Shown here one piece after another: positions 27,303-37,364 of a stretch of 64,000 nucleotides of DNA. The position numbers were made by a program, and so were the translations under genes. The stretch comes from Bdellovibrionales bacterium. Its GTDB lineage: Bacteria > Bdellovibrionota > Bdellovibrionia > Bdellovibrionales > UBA1609. The stretch is taken from contig JALZUR010000021.1 in the NCBI GenBank assembly GCA_023301025.1, positions 1,183 to 65,182 of the forward strand, given 5' to 3'. The first letter of the stretch is position 1. The number at the start of each line of letters is the position of its first letter. A model generated the notes under the pieces. It had not been told where the DNA came from. It made no database searches and saw only the letters and a program-made list of their open reading frames with translations.

Positions 27303-28718
27303 TTAAACGTCGTAGTACAATTCAAATTCGTAAGGGGTTGGGCGAAGTTGAAGAGCTCTAACTTCATTTTCCCACTTTGTATTAAGCCACGCATTTAAAA
27401 GATCATCATCAAAAACTTCGCCTTTTTGTAAAAATCCACGGTCTTTATCAAGACTTTCTAATGACTCCCCTAAACTGGAAGGCACAGATTTAATACCCTC
27501 AGCTTCTTGCGGAGGAAGTCCGTAAATGTCTTTATCTAAAGGTTCTCCTGGTTCAATTTTATTCTCAATTCCATCAATACCTGCCATCAATAGAGCAGCA
27601 AAAGCAAGATAGACATTAGCTGTAGCATCTGGAGTTCTAAATTCTATGCGCTTAGCCTTTGGATTGTCTCCAGAATTTGGAATTCTTATGGCTGCTGATC
27701 TGTTTTTATAGCTGTAGGCAAGCTTAATAGGTGCTTCATAACCTGGCACAAGTCTTCTGTAAGAGTTTGTTGTTGGATTTGTAAAAGCGCATAAGGCTGG
27801 AGCATGTTTTATAATTCCACCGATAAAGTAAAGAGCCTCATCAGATAGACCAGCGTACTTTTCTCCAGCAAAAAGTGTATCTCCATTTTTCCATAAAGAC
27901 ATATGAGTGTGCATGCCTGATCCATTATCACCGTATATTGGTTTTGGCATAAAGGTCGCACTCTTTCCGTTTCTGTAAGCAACGTTTTTCACAACATATT
28001 TAAACCACATCATTTTATCAGCCATTTCTAAAAGCTCATCAAAACGAATATTGATCTCACCTTGGCCAGCTGAAGCTACCTCATGGTGGTGACGTTCAAC
28101 TTTTATATCAAGAGCATCTAACTCTAAAGATATTTCGGTTCTTAAGTTGTGTTGCGAGTCCACAGGCATTGCTGGAAAGTAACCACCTTTAGCTTTTGGT
28201 CGGTAGCCATGGTTGGCGCCATCTTCATCGCGACCAGAGTTCCAATGACCTTCGTCAGAATCTATAGAGTAAAAGGCTGAGTTTTCTTTTTGCTCAAAAC
28301 GTATGTCATCAAAAATAAAAAACTCTGCCTCTGGTCCAAAAAAAGCAGTGTCCGCAAGACCTGTAGCTTTTAAATAGTTCAAAGCTTTTTTTGCCACTTG
28401 TCTTGGATCACGGTTGTAAGGCTTAAAGGTTTCAGGGTTTACAATGTCACAAATTACTGAGTAGGTAGGAACTTCAGTGAAGGGGTCTATTTTTGTGGTT
28501 TTTAAGTCAGGAACCATCTTCATGTCAGAGTCTTCGATGGACTTCCAGCCTCTTATGGAGCTTCCATCAAAATTGAAGCCTTCTTCTAAAGTATCTTCAT
28601 TTATTTCTGTCATAGGAATTGTTAAGTGCTGCCAAGCCCCATGGAGATCTGAAAATTTCAAATCGATCATTAATATATCGTTCTCTTTTGCTTTTTTTAT
28701 AAACTCACTGGCTTTCAT
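27303..28718 (-). CDS. glnA: Glutamine synthetase type I
   Basis: [33 protein letters not shown] and [16 protein letters not shown]. The adenylylation-loop Tyr is retained ([10 protein letters not shown]). Confidence 0.97.
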   Translation of the reverse strand: MKASEFIKKAKENDILMIDLKFSDLHGAWQHLTIPMTEINEDTLEEGFNFDGSSIRGWKSIEDSDMKMVPDLKTTKIDPFTEVPTYSVICDIVNPETFKPYNRDPRQVAKKALNYLKATGLADTAFFGPEAEFFIFDDIRFEQKENSAFYSIDSDEGHWNSGRDEDGANHGYRPKAKGGYFPAMPVDSQHNLRTEISLELDALDIKVERHHHEVASAGQGEINIRFDELLEMADKMMWFKYVVKNVAYRNGKSATFMPKPIYGDNGSGMHTHMSLWKNGDTLFAGEKYAGLSDEALYFIGGIIKHAPALCAFTNPTTNSYRRLVPGYEAPIKLAYSYKNRSAAIRIPNSGDNPKAKRIEFRTPDATANVYLAFAALLMAGIDGIENKIEPGEPLDKDIYGLPPQEAEGIKSVPSSLGESLESLDKDRGFLQKGEVFDDDLLNAWLNTKWENEVRALQLRPTPYEFELYYDV

Positions 28719-28804
28719 ATTTTTAGAGTCCTTTGCTACTTTTTCTTATTGGTTTTTATCTGTCTTTTGATTTTTATTTATACTAATTGTTTTGTTCTTT
28801 GAGG

Positions 28805-29152
<348 letters not shown>

Positions 29153-29184
29153 TTATTTAAGGTATAGGCAAACTGGTATCATGT

Positions 29185-29745
29185 ATGGAGCTTAAGTCAA
29201 AAAAAAATCTCAATGTCGTATTGGTAGAGCCTGAAATTCCGAATAATACAGGCAACATTGGAAGAACTTGCGTCTCTTTAGAGGCTTCTCTACATTTAGT
29301 TGGCCCTTTGGGCTTTGATTTAGAAGAAAAAAAGCTTAGACGGGCAGGTTTAGACTACTGGCCCCATCTGGACCTACATTTATATAAGAATCAGGAGGAG
29401 TTTTTTTCTAAACTTGAAAGCTCCAAGTCTGAAAATACAACAGTTCAAAATTCTATTTCTATGGATTTTGCAGACCGGGATACTAAAATACAAAAAAAAG
29501 ATCAGCTGGCATTTCTTACAACTAAAACAGATCGATCTTACTTTGATGCCGACTTTTCTAATCAAGACTACTCGGATTTATGGTTAATTTTTGGCAAAGA
29601 GACAAAGGGGCTTAGTGAAGATGTGAGACAGCGCTACTGTGATGACCTTTACACTATACCGATGATTGGTAAGACGAGAAGTTTAAATTTAGCTAATTCT
29701 GTAGCCATTGTACTGTATGAAGCCTACAGGCAGATTATAAGTTAA
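29185..29745 (+). CDS. trmL: tRNA (cytidine/uridine-2'-O)-methyltransferase, SpoU/TrmL type, with an internal insertion
   Basis: LNVVLVEPEIPNNTGNIGRTC, RRAGLDYW, LIFGKETKGL and RSLNLANSVAIVLYEAYRQ. There is an extra hydrophilic segment of about 25 aa relative to the E. coli protein as I recall it. Confidence 0.85.
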   Translation: MELKSKKNLNVVLVEPEIPNNTGNIGRTCVSLEASLHLVGPLGFDLEEKKLRRAGLDYWPHLDLHLYKNQEEFFSKLESSKSENTTVQNSISMDFADRDTKIQKKDQLAFLTTKTDRSYFDADFSNQDYSDLWLIFGKETKGLSEDVRQRYCDDLYTIPMIGKTRSLNLANSVAIVLYEAYRQIIS

Positions 29746-29901
29746 GGTTTAAAAATAAAATATTGCGAATAAAATTTGCATTTTATAAATTAACAGGACT
29801 GACAATCAGAAATTTTCTATAAGTAACTATTTACTAAAATTAGCAGTCTTAGTCTTAAGGGGGTCTAGCCTTTAAAGTTATTTGGGTTTAGTGTTAAGAG
29901 T

Positions 29902-32571
29902 ATGAAATTACTAACTAAAATTTTTGGCACTCAGCATGACAGAATGATGAAAACTTTAAGACCTGAAGTTAATCGGATCAATGAGCTTGAGCCACACTTT
30001 AAAAAGCTAACTGATGATGAGCTAAGAGCTCAAACTGTAAAATTTAGAGAAAGAATAAATAATGGAGAAAGCTTAGACAATCTTTTGCCTGAAGCTTTTG
30101 CAACATGTAGAGAAGCGGCCACTAGAGTTTTAGGTATGAGGCACTATGATGTGCAGCTTATTGGTGGCATGATCCTCAATCGAGGTAATATTGCAGAGAT
30201 GAGAACTGGTGAGGGAAAAACCCTCGTGGCGACCCTTCCTACGTATTTAAATGGATTAAGTGGCAAAGGTGTTCACATTGTTACAGTAAATGACTACTTA
30301 GCTACGAGGGATGCAGAGTGGATGTCTCAAGTTTACAATTGGATGGGACTCAGTGTTGGAACAATCACTCACAATTTGTCTGATCAAGAACGTAAAACTT
30401 CGTATGGCTCAGATATCACTTACGGAACAAACAATGAATTTGGTTTTGATTATCTAAGAGATAACATGAAATTTGATCCAGAAAATTTTGTACAAAGACC
30501 TTTAAACTTTGCCATAGTAGATGAGTGCGATTCAATTTTAATTGATGAAGCTAGAACACCACTTATAATTTCTGGTGCTGCTGAAGATGATGTAACAATT
30601 TATAAAGAGATTGATAAGATTGTTCCCCACTTAAAATTAGATCAACACTTTACCTTAGAAGAAAAATCAAAAACGGTTTCAATAACTGAAGAAGGAAACT
30701 CTCAGGTTGAAAAATTTTTAGGTGTTGAAAATGTTTATGATATTCAAAACATTGGTAAACTTCACTACATTTACCAAGCACTAAAGGCTCATCACCTTTT
30801 TAAGAGAGATGTAGATTATATGGTTGTTGAAGGTGATGTTATTATCATTGATGAATTTACAGGACGACTTATGGAAGGTCGCCGTTGGAGTGATGGGCTT
30901 CATCAAGCGGTTGAGGCTAAAGAAGGAGTTCCTGTTAGAAAAGAAAATCAGACTTTAGCAACAATTACGTTTCAAAATTATTTTAGAATGTACAATAAAC
31001 TTTCTGGAATGACAGGGACTGCAGAAACTGAATCTGTGGAATTTCAAAAGATTTACAACTTAGGTGTTGTTGTTATCCCTACAAACAAACCCATCGCTAG
31101 AAAAGATAAAAATGATATAGTTTTTCAAACAGAGAATGCAAAATTTAAAGCCATTGCAAAAGACATTAAGAATAGATCAGACTCTGGCCAACCAATTTTA
31201 GTGGGTACTGTTAGTATCGAACGTTCGGAAAAACTTAGTAATTTGCTAGATAAAGAAAAGGTTAAGCATAATGTTTTAAATGCTAAGCAGCACGAGCGTG
31301 AAGCAGAAATTGTGGCCCAAGCGGGTCGCAAAGGTTCTGTTACTATTGCTACAAACATGGCTGGGCGTGGAACAGACATAATGCTTGGGGGAAACCCGGA
31401 GTTTATGTCAAAACTTGAAACAGGTGTTGAGGAAGGGGATGACTTTGATAGTGCTCTTTTAAAATACAAAGAACAGTGTGATCAAGAAAAAGAACTTGTT
31501 AAGACTGCTGGTGGTCTTTACATCATCGGAACTGAACGTCACGAAGCACGACGTGTGGATAATCAGCTTCGAGGTAGGGCTGGGAGACAAGGGGATCCTG
31601 GAGAGTCTAGGTTTTATCTTTCATTAGAAGATGATCTTATGCGAATTTTTAATGGCGAACGAATGAAGGCCATTATGTCTAGGCTAAATGTTGATGAAGA
31701 AGAGCCACTTGAAGCTAAAATGGTTTCAAAGGCTATTGAAAATTCGCAGAAAAAAGTTGAAGGTCACAACTTTGATATAAGAAAGCATCTTTTAGAGTTT
31801 GATGATGTTATGAACCAACAAAGAAATATTGTTTATACCTTAAGGCGAGAAGTTTTAAACGATCAAGATGTGGATAGAAAAGTTTTAGATATGATGGGGA
31901 ATAGAGTATCTGACCTTCTAGATCAGTATGTTCCTGATGAACATAAAAAAGAAAATTGGGATTTAGAGGGCTTAAAGTTTTCTCTTCATCAACAGTTCGG
32001 TGTGAGTTTAGAGTTTAAAGATAGCATTGAGGCATCCGAACTCACAGAGCTTGTGAGTACTTCAGTGAAAATGGCATTTGACGATCAAAAAGAAAATCTT
32101 GATAAAGTTTTTTCTAGAATCAGAAAAATTATATACCTTCAAACAATAGATACTCAGTGGAAAGATCATCTTAAAACTGTGGATAGACTTAAAGAAGGTA
32201 TAAACTTAAGAGCTTACGCACAAAAAGATCCAATTATTGAGTATAAAAAAGAAGCCTTTAAGGCTTTTGAAGAGATGAATCATCAGATTCAAGCAGAGAC
32301 TCTAGAAAAACTTTTCAAAGTAAATTTAGTATCTCATGAAGATGTTGATGAGTCAGAACTTTTTGAAGAGGATCAAGATTTAAATTATGAGGGTTCTGAA
32401 CAGAGTGAGAGCTCTCTTAGCTCTGGTAATGCCATTGCTGGAATGTCCAATGAGACAGTTATGGAGCAGGGAGCAAACTTCAGGTCTCAGGGAAATGAAC
32501 CAAACCTTAGTCGAGCACAAAGAAGAAAAATGGAGAAAAAAAGTAAAACTAAAACTAAAATTAAGATCTAG
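29902..32571 (+). CDS. secA: Preprotein translocase ATPase SecA
   Basis: MRTGEGKTLVATLP (Walker A), VDECDSILIDEARTPLIISG, TNMAGRGTDI, RGRAGRQGDPG. The Lys-rich C-terminus has no Cys/His zinc motif. Confidence 0.98.
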   Translation: MKLLTKIFGTQHDRMMKTLRPEVNRINELEPHFKKLTDDELRAQTVKFRERINNGESLDNLLPEAFATCREAATRVLGMRHYDVQLIGGMILNRGNIAEMRTGEGKTLVATLPTYLNGLSGKGVHIVTVNDYLATRDAEWMSQVYNWMGLSVGTITHNLSDQERKTSYGSDITYGTNNEFGFDYLRDNMKFDPENFVQRPLNFAIVDECDSILIDEARTPLIISGAAEDDVTIYKEIDKIVPHLKLDQHFTLEEKSKTVSITEEGNSQVEKFLGVENVYDIQNIGKLHYIYQALKAHHLFKRDVDYMVVEGDVIIIDEFTGRLMEGRRWSDGLHQAVEAKEGVPVRKENQTLATITFQNYFRMYNKLSGMTGTAETESVEFQKIYNLGVVVIPTNKPIARKDKNDIVFQTENAKFKAIAKDIKNRSDSGQPILVGTVSIERSEKLSNLLDKEKVKHNVLNAKQHEREAEIVAQAGRKGSVTIATNMAGRGTDIMLGGNPEFMSKLETGVEEGDDFDSALLKYKEQCDQEKELVKTAGGLYIIGTERHEARRVDNQLRGRAGRQGDPGESRFYLSLEDDLMRIFNGERMKAIMSRLNVDEEEPLEAKMVSKAIENSQKKVEGHNFDIRKHLLEFDDVMNQQRNIVYTLRREVLNDQDVDRKVLDMMGNRVSDLLDQYVPDEHKKENWDLEGLKFSLHQQFGVSLEFKDSIEASELTELVSTSVKMAFDDQKENLDKVFSRIRKIIYLQTIDTQWKDHLKTVDRLKEGINLRAYAQKDPIIEYKKEAFKAFEEMNHQIQAETLEKLFKVNLVSHEDVDESELFEEDQDLNYEGSEQSESSLSSGNAIAGMSNETVMEQGANFRSQGNEPNLSRAQRRKMEKKSKTKTKIKI

Positions 32572-32620
32572 GTTTTACTTTTTGTTTAACTACTTTTTTT
32601 ACCTTTGATAGCGAGGCTTG

Positions 32621-33613
32621 ATGAACGCAACATGTCCAGAATGTAACACAGAGTTAGATGAAGATTTTGGGATAGTGACTTGTACGTCTTGTGGAGCCGT
32701 GTGCTCAGTAGATTTAGATGGAAGTGTTGTAGTTCAATCTGATGACGTAGATACGGTAGCAGGTGTAATAGAAGTTGAAGCGACTGCAGGTGATACGAAA
32801 GAAGCTACTTTTGATACAGATAATAAGGGTAGTTTTGAAGATCTTGAATCTTTAGCAGAAGAAAGCTTAAGTTCGGAAGAAAGTACGCTTGATCAAGTTC
32901 CAAATTTTTCTTTAGAAGACATTGATTCTGAAGCTTCTGCACTTGAAGAGCCTGGTTTAAAAAATACTGAGGATGTTATAAATGAATCACTTGAAGCAGG
33001 CACTTCATCAAGTTCAAGTGCAGTTTTGTCTAGTAAGGCTTTTTTTCAAGGCTTAGATATTTTTTCAGATCAATTAGAGTCAGTAGATCATTTTCATACT
33101 TTTTTTGATTTATTTGTTTCAGGTTTTGAAACAAAAAAGGATTTAAAAGAGGCTTTAGAGCTGACGCTTGATGAACGTCTTGAGGTTACAGCAGATAAAA
33201 TACTATTCGATACAAACAGACAAGAGTTTAGAGTAGCTAAAGTTAGCTATCTTAGATTAGTCAATCTACATAAACGTCTTTCTACTCTTGGCTTTGTAAA
33301 ATTAGATTGGCTCTTATCAGAAAGTCCAAAAGCGCTTAATCTTTCTGAAAAATTTATAAGTCCTCTTACAGCTGAAGAGTCTCTATCTGAAAATTTAGAT
33401 TTCTCTGAAAAAAGTGAAGAAGATGTTGAAGTAGCAGAAGATCCTACTCAAGATGTGGATAGAACTGAAGATTCAGGTTTTGTAGAAGAAGATAAAGACA
33501 CTAGTATGGTTTATGATTCAGATTTAACAGCTACGGCTGAAACTGAAGATTCACCACCACACTTTGATGACGAAGACTTAAACACTCTCGACTCTGAAGA
33601 TGATTTTAATTAA
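32621..33613 (+). CDS. Zinc-ribbon protein with a long acidic low-complexity body
   Basis: N-terminal CPEC-x16-CTSC ribbon, a very Asp/Glu/Ser-rich middle and tail, and a globular segment of about 90 aa (FFDLFVSGFETKKDLKEALE...LGFVKLDWLL). GCGAGG RBS before ATG 32621. Confidence 0.55.
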   Translation: MNATCPECNTELDEDFGIVTCTSCGAVCSVDLDGSVVVQSDDVDTVAGVIEVEATAGDTKEATFDTDNKGSFEDLESLAEESLSSEESTLDQVPNFSLEDIDSEASALEEPGLKNTEDVINESLEAGTSSSSSAVLSSKAFFQGLDIFSDQLESVDHFHTFFDLFVSGFETKKDLKEALELTLDERLEVTADKILFDTNRQEFRVAKVSYLRLVNLHKRLSTLGFVKLDWLLSESPKALNLSEKFISPLTAEESLSENLDFSEKSEEDVEVAEDPTQDVDRTEDSGFVEEDKDTSMVYDSDLTATAETEDSPPHFDDEDLNTLDSEDDFN

Positions 33614-33615
33614 AC

Positions 33616-35319
33616 CTAATGCTCTCGATTCTTGAAATTAAAGGGCTTAGGGTTTAAAAGTTTTTGATAATAGCTCTGACATTCTAATAAAACCTTATTT
33701 TTTTCATAGTCACTTTTTCGTTTTACAGGTTCTATAAGCCCATTTTTATATATATCAGTATTGACCATTGCTATATCAAAAAGGCTTTCTTCAAAAAGTT
33801 TTATATCTATTGGAGCTCTAAAAGTATTTGGCAGAGATGTTAGTTTTTTTGAAAAAGAAAAGAGTTTATCAATAGTACTGTACTTTAAAGCATTAAGTTT
33901 AAAATCATTTGGACTTACAAAAGAGGACTTAAACACATTCAAATTTTTATTGGGTGCAATAACTAACCCGCCTTTATGAGTTAAGAGTAAACTGTCAATA
34001 TCAGAGGAGTTGTATTCAATATATAAGCTTAATGTTCCAGTTGATTTTGGGGCTATAGTTAAAATTTTATTAGCTTTTATGTCATTTTGTTTTGAAGACT
34101 TCCAGTAAAGTTTTACAGCTATTGGGTGTCTTTCAAGTCTATAGTGTTCATACATGTATATTGGATATGAGCCCTTACAGTGTTTTTCAACTAGGAGTTC
34201 ATCAGAAGATTCGTGATAACTTGTTTTCTTCATATTAAAAGAAAAAACATCAGTATTGTTTAAGGCTTCAAGTTCTTTAAAATGAAGCCTTAATTCCTCG
34301 TTACTGATATTTTCATAATCCACTTGAAGCAAAACGTTTGGAAGTTCGAGATCGACATTGTTATTGCCTCTAATAAACGTATTTCTCTTTTTCACACTGT
34401 AATGATATTTTAGAGGTTTTTCGGTCAATTCATCTATGACTCTTAGATTTAAAAAATTAAGAGAATTTTTTATTTTTTCATAAGATCTTATAAAATCAAA
34501 AGTCTTTGAAGTTATCAGCCTTCCGTCTTGATTTAAGGCTGTGAAAATACAGTTTTCAATGGGATTAGTTTTAGTTTCAGGGTGGAGCTTAAGTTTAGTT
34601 TTTGAAATAGTAATTCTGTTTGTATAAGGCTTTTCTGTTTGATCAGGAGGGTCTAAAAATTCAGTTAAATCTAGTTTCTTCAATGAATTGCTATAACAAA
34701 GAAGCTGAGGTTTGTCTAAAGCCAACTGTCTTTTTGAAGCTTCGCCCATAGGCAGAGTACTTTTGTAAACAGCCTGCGGAAGAGAATGGCTTTCAAAAAG
34801 ATTAGGCCTTTTTTTACTTATAGACTTAGAGGTTTTTAGTTTTAACTCATGAGATGAGTCTTTGTATTCAAAGTTAAACCCTTTGAGATTTTTTTGATCT
34901 GTAGAGCCAAAAGAGTTTTTTACAGAGGCTCTAAAATCACATTTTTCAAAATGATTAGGGTAAATAAGTAAGGTTTCTGGTAAATGGTTGGCTAAAGGTA
35001 AAGAAGGCAAAGCGCGTTTACCTTCATTAGTGTAGTAGACGGTTTTTTTATACACTTTTTTCTTACTCAATACGGATGTTCTCTTATAGCAGCTTGCCTG
35101 AAGCTCAAGTTGCATGTTTTCCGATAACCCTGATATTAAAAAATATGAGTTTAACTTAAAATTTTTAGATTCAGTCAAACTTTTACTGACATCTTGAATC
35201 TTAAACTCTTTTATTCCAGGCCAGGGGTCATCAATGTAAAACTCAGAAGAGTCGCCACAAGAGATAAGAGAAAACAAAAAGATTAAAAGGACATACGGTT
35301 TTAGTGCTAGAAAAAGCAT
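33616..35319 (-). CDS. Large lipoprotein of unknown function (567 aa)
   Basis: Signal peptide with lipobox LISC (LLIFLFSLISCGDS) and an AGGAG RBS. No recognised domain. Confidence 0.6.
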   Translation of the reverse strand: MLFLALKPYVLLIFLFSLISCGDSSEFYIDDPWPGIKEFKIQDVSKSLTESKNFKLNSYFLISGLSENMQLELQASCYKRTSVLSKKKVYKKTVYYTNEGKRALPSLPLANHLPETLLIYPNHFEKCDFRASVKNSFGSTDQKNLKGFNFEYKDSSHELKLKTSKSISKKRPNLFESHSLPQAVYKSTLPMGEASKRQLALDKPQLLCYSNSLKKLDLTEFLDPPDQTEKPYTNRITISKTKLKLHPETKTNPIENCIFTALNQDGRLITSKTFDFIRSYEKIKNSLNFLNLRVIDELTEKPLKYHYSVKKRNTFIRGNNNVDLELPNVLLQVDYENISNEELRLHFKELEALNNTDVFSFNMKKTSYHESSDELLVEKHCKGSYPIYMYEHYRLERHPIAVKLYWKSSKQNDIKANKILTIAPKSTGTLSLYIEYNSSDIDSLLLTHKGGLVIAPNKNLNVFKSSFVSPNDFKLNALKYSTIDKLFSFSKKLTSLPNTFRAPIDIKLFEESLFDIAMVNTDIYKNGLIEPVKRKSDYEKNKVLLECQSYYQKLLNPKPFNFKNREH

Positions 35320-35517
35320 TTGGGTGCACTCCTGAATTGTTTAAAAGCGTAGTTGCTATAAACTGAATACAAAAAGTGGTGTTTGCCTCTAAGGTTATAA
35401 TAAATAAATTCTATGTGTTTGATCCGGAGCTTTGTCCGAATTCTGGAAAGGGCTTTTTTAAGTTGTGTGTTTTAACAGTATGGTTAATGTCATATAAGAA
35501 TGATAGGTCTTATAGAA

Positions 35518-35826
35518 TCAGTCTTCATTTCCAAATTCAGAGATCTCTTTTTTTGTAAAAGAGCGTTTAAATGTTTTTTTGATCATAAGATTGTCCTCAA
35601 AAGTAAAAATATGGGTGTATAGAATTTTTTCTGCACCTACTTTTGAAGATGTAACAGACTCAAAAAACCACACATCTTGACCTTTTCCATGGTATTTTTT
35701 TACCGGATTTGAAAACTGATAAAGCACTTGTCTTTTGGTTTGGCCTAAAGGCGCGTCTAAAAGTTTTTTGTGCATACTTGTGCACCCACTGAGCATGAAA
35801 AATACGGTAATGATTTTAAGTCTCAT
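35518..35826 (-). CDS. Small lipoprotein (possibly BamE/SmpA-OmlA-like)
   Basis: Internal ATG 35826 gives MRLKIITVFFMLSGCTS with lipobox LSGC. About 100 aa. The BamE similarity is only a size and pattern impression. Confidence 0.45.
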   Translation of the reverse strand: MRLKIITVFFMLSGCTSMHKKLLDAPLGQTKRQVLYQFSNPVKKYHGKGQDVWFFESVTSSKVGAEKILYTHIFTFEDNLMIKKTFKRSFTKKEISEFGNED

Positions 35827-35974
35827 TGTGTTGCCTTGTTGTGGAGATTTGTATCTTTTTAAGTCCATTTTCCCTTAAGTTAATATGAAACCATTTCGTA
35901 AAAAAATTGCATAATGATAACAGTGTGTGTAACACTTTAAATGTTTACAAATTACTAATTGGAGTGTTTTTAAA

Positions 35975-36520
35975 ATGAGTTCTGAGCAAGATCACTATTC
36001 AAAATCTGGCATGGTCATGTTTATTCTTTCTATGTCTATCAGTTTTTTATTTTTTATCTATATAGCTTTCATTCATCCTGGTGTTGAAAATCTAGATAAG
36101 TTTGAGCAGATAAAAAAAGTCGAAAAAGGCTCAAGCCCTCAAGCTGAAGTAAAATCAGTTGACCCTGAGTCTGAAAAAGAGCCTTGGATAACTTCAAAAG
36201 AGATGATAGCTGCAGGGGCTAAAGTTTATGCCCAGAACTGTGCCACCTGCCATGGTAAAACTGGTTTAGCAGATGGAATTGCTGCAACTCCTGATACAAG
36301 AAACTTGGTTACAGGCAACTGGAAGGCCGGCGGGACGTCTGTTGCACTTTTCAAAACTTTGCAAAATGGTCTAGAAGGTACCGGTATGGTTTCTTTTAAG
36401 GCTTCAGTGAGTCCGGCAAATAGGTGGGCTCTAGTGCATTGGATCCGCTCAATTACTGAAAATAAAGTAGAAGATGTAAGCCAAAATGAACTTAAATCTT
36501 TTGCTTCAACTGCTGATTAA
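35975..36520 (+). CDS. Membrane-anchored mono-haem cytochrome c
   Basis: N-terminal TM helix, haem motif CATCHG and a distal Met in GTGMVSF. First gene of the oxidase operon. Confidence 0.8.
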   Translation: MSSEQDHYSKSGMVMFILSMSISFLFFIYIAFIHPGVENLDKFEQIKKVEKGSSPQAEVKSVDPESEKEPWITSKEMIAAGAKVYAQNCATCHGKTGLADGIAATPDTRNLVTGNWKAGGTSVALFKTLQNGLEGTGMVSFKASVSPANRWALVHWIRSITENKVEDVSQNELKSFASTAD

Positions 36521-36533
36521 AGAATTTTTTGAA

Positions 36534-37364
36534 ATGAAAAAGTATTACGTCTTATTATTTATAACTTTTCTTCTAGCTTCTCTAGAAGCTGGTGCTGTAG
36601 ATCCTAAACAGACAGCACTACTTCCTAAAGAGCTTGAGTTTATTGGTATCGATAAAGCTGTGGTTGGCAGTACAATTACAACAGACCTTGAGTTTACAGA
36701 TGAAGAAGGTGAGATTGTTTCACTTTCGTCTCAATTCTTAGATGGCAAGCCTGTACTTTTATCCATGGTTTATTACAATTGCCCAGGCCTTTGTAGCATA
36801 CACATGAATGGAGCTGCTGCGCTTTTTAACGAAATGGACCTTAAGCCCGGCGTTGATTTCAACTGGATTGCTGTTTCAATGGATCATAACGAATCTGCTG
36901 ATCTAGCAGTTGAAAAAAAGATAAATTATATGGATCAGTTTTCTGGTGAGTATGCGGAAGCTGGCTGGAGGTTTCTAACTTCTAAAAACTCCAAGGCAAA
37001 TTTAGATAAGCTTACTAAAGAGCTTGGTTTTACTTATAGGTGGGATGAAAAAACAAAACAGTTTGCTCATACCGCTGCTTTTTATGTTTTAAGTCCTGAG
37101 GGAGTCATTACACAAATAGTTCCTGGTGTTGGCTTTGATAAGAAGACTGTTCGTTTATCTTTGGTGGAGGCTTCAGATGGTAAAATTGGGAACACAATCG
37201 ATAAACTATTATTAATTTGTTTTGAATTTGATCCCAACAAGAGTAAGTATGTACTATACTCTTGGAATGTTATGCGCGCAGCGAGTGCTTTAACAGTTTT
37301 AATTTTAGGTATTATACTTATTCCAATGTGGAGAAAAGAAAGATCCAAAGGTGCAAACTCATGA
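36534..37364 (+). CDS. SCO1/SenC copper chaperone
   Basis: Signal peptide from ATG 36534, CxxxC motif YYNCPGLCS, conserved His in FAHTAAFYVLSPEG, and a C-terminal TM helix. Confidence 0.85.
   Translation: MKKYYVLLFITFLLASLEAGAVDPKQTALLPKELEFIGIDKAVVGSTITTDLEFTDEEGEIVSLSSQFLDGKPVLLSMVYYNCPGLCSIHMNGAAALFNEMDLKPGVDFNWIAVSMDHNESADLAVEKKINYMDQFSGEYAEAGWRFLTSKNSKANLDKLTKELGFTYRWDEKTKQFAHTAAFYVLSPEGVITQIVPGVGFDKKTVRLSLVEASDGKIGNTIDKLLLICFEFDPNKSKYVLYSWNVMRAASALTVLILGIILIPMWRKERSKGANS

Noticed and set aside
35376-35558. 60-codon plus-strand ORF between two minus-strand lipoprotein genes
   Set aside because: It starts with a non-ATG codon, has no RBS, overlaps the 3' end of the minus-strand small lipoprotein gene and has no features of a real protein.
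36486-37360. ORF-track N-terminal extensions creating long same-strand overlaps (SCO1 from 36486, coxB from 37262, menC from 13728, menH from 12197, LOV from 44971)
   Set aside because: In each case an internal start gives a proper signal peptide or homologous N-terminus and a classic ATGA/GTGA/short overlap with the upstream stop. The extensions encode non-homologous sequence, although they are not uniformly non-ATG: the SCO1 extension begins with ATG at 36486 and the coxB extension begins with an ATG Met. For LOV the extended frame was also considered as evidence of a frameshifted fusion with the CheB-CheR gene, but the 8-nt ATGCTTGA overlap is a typical coupling junction.
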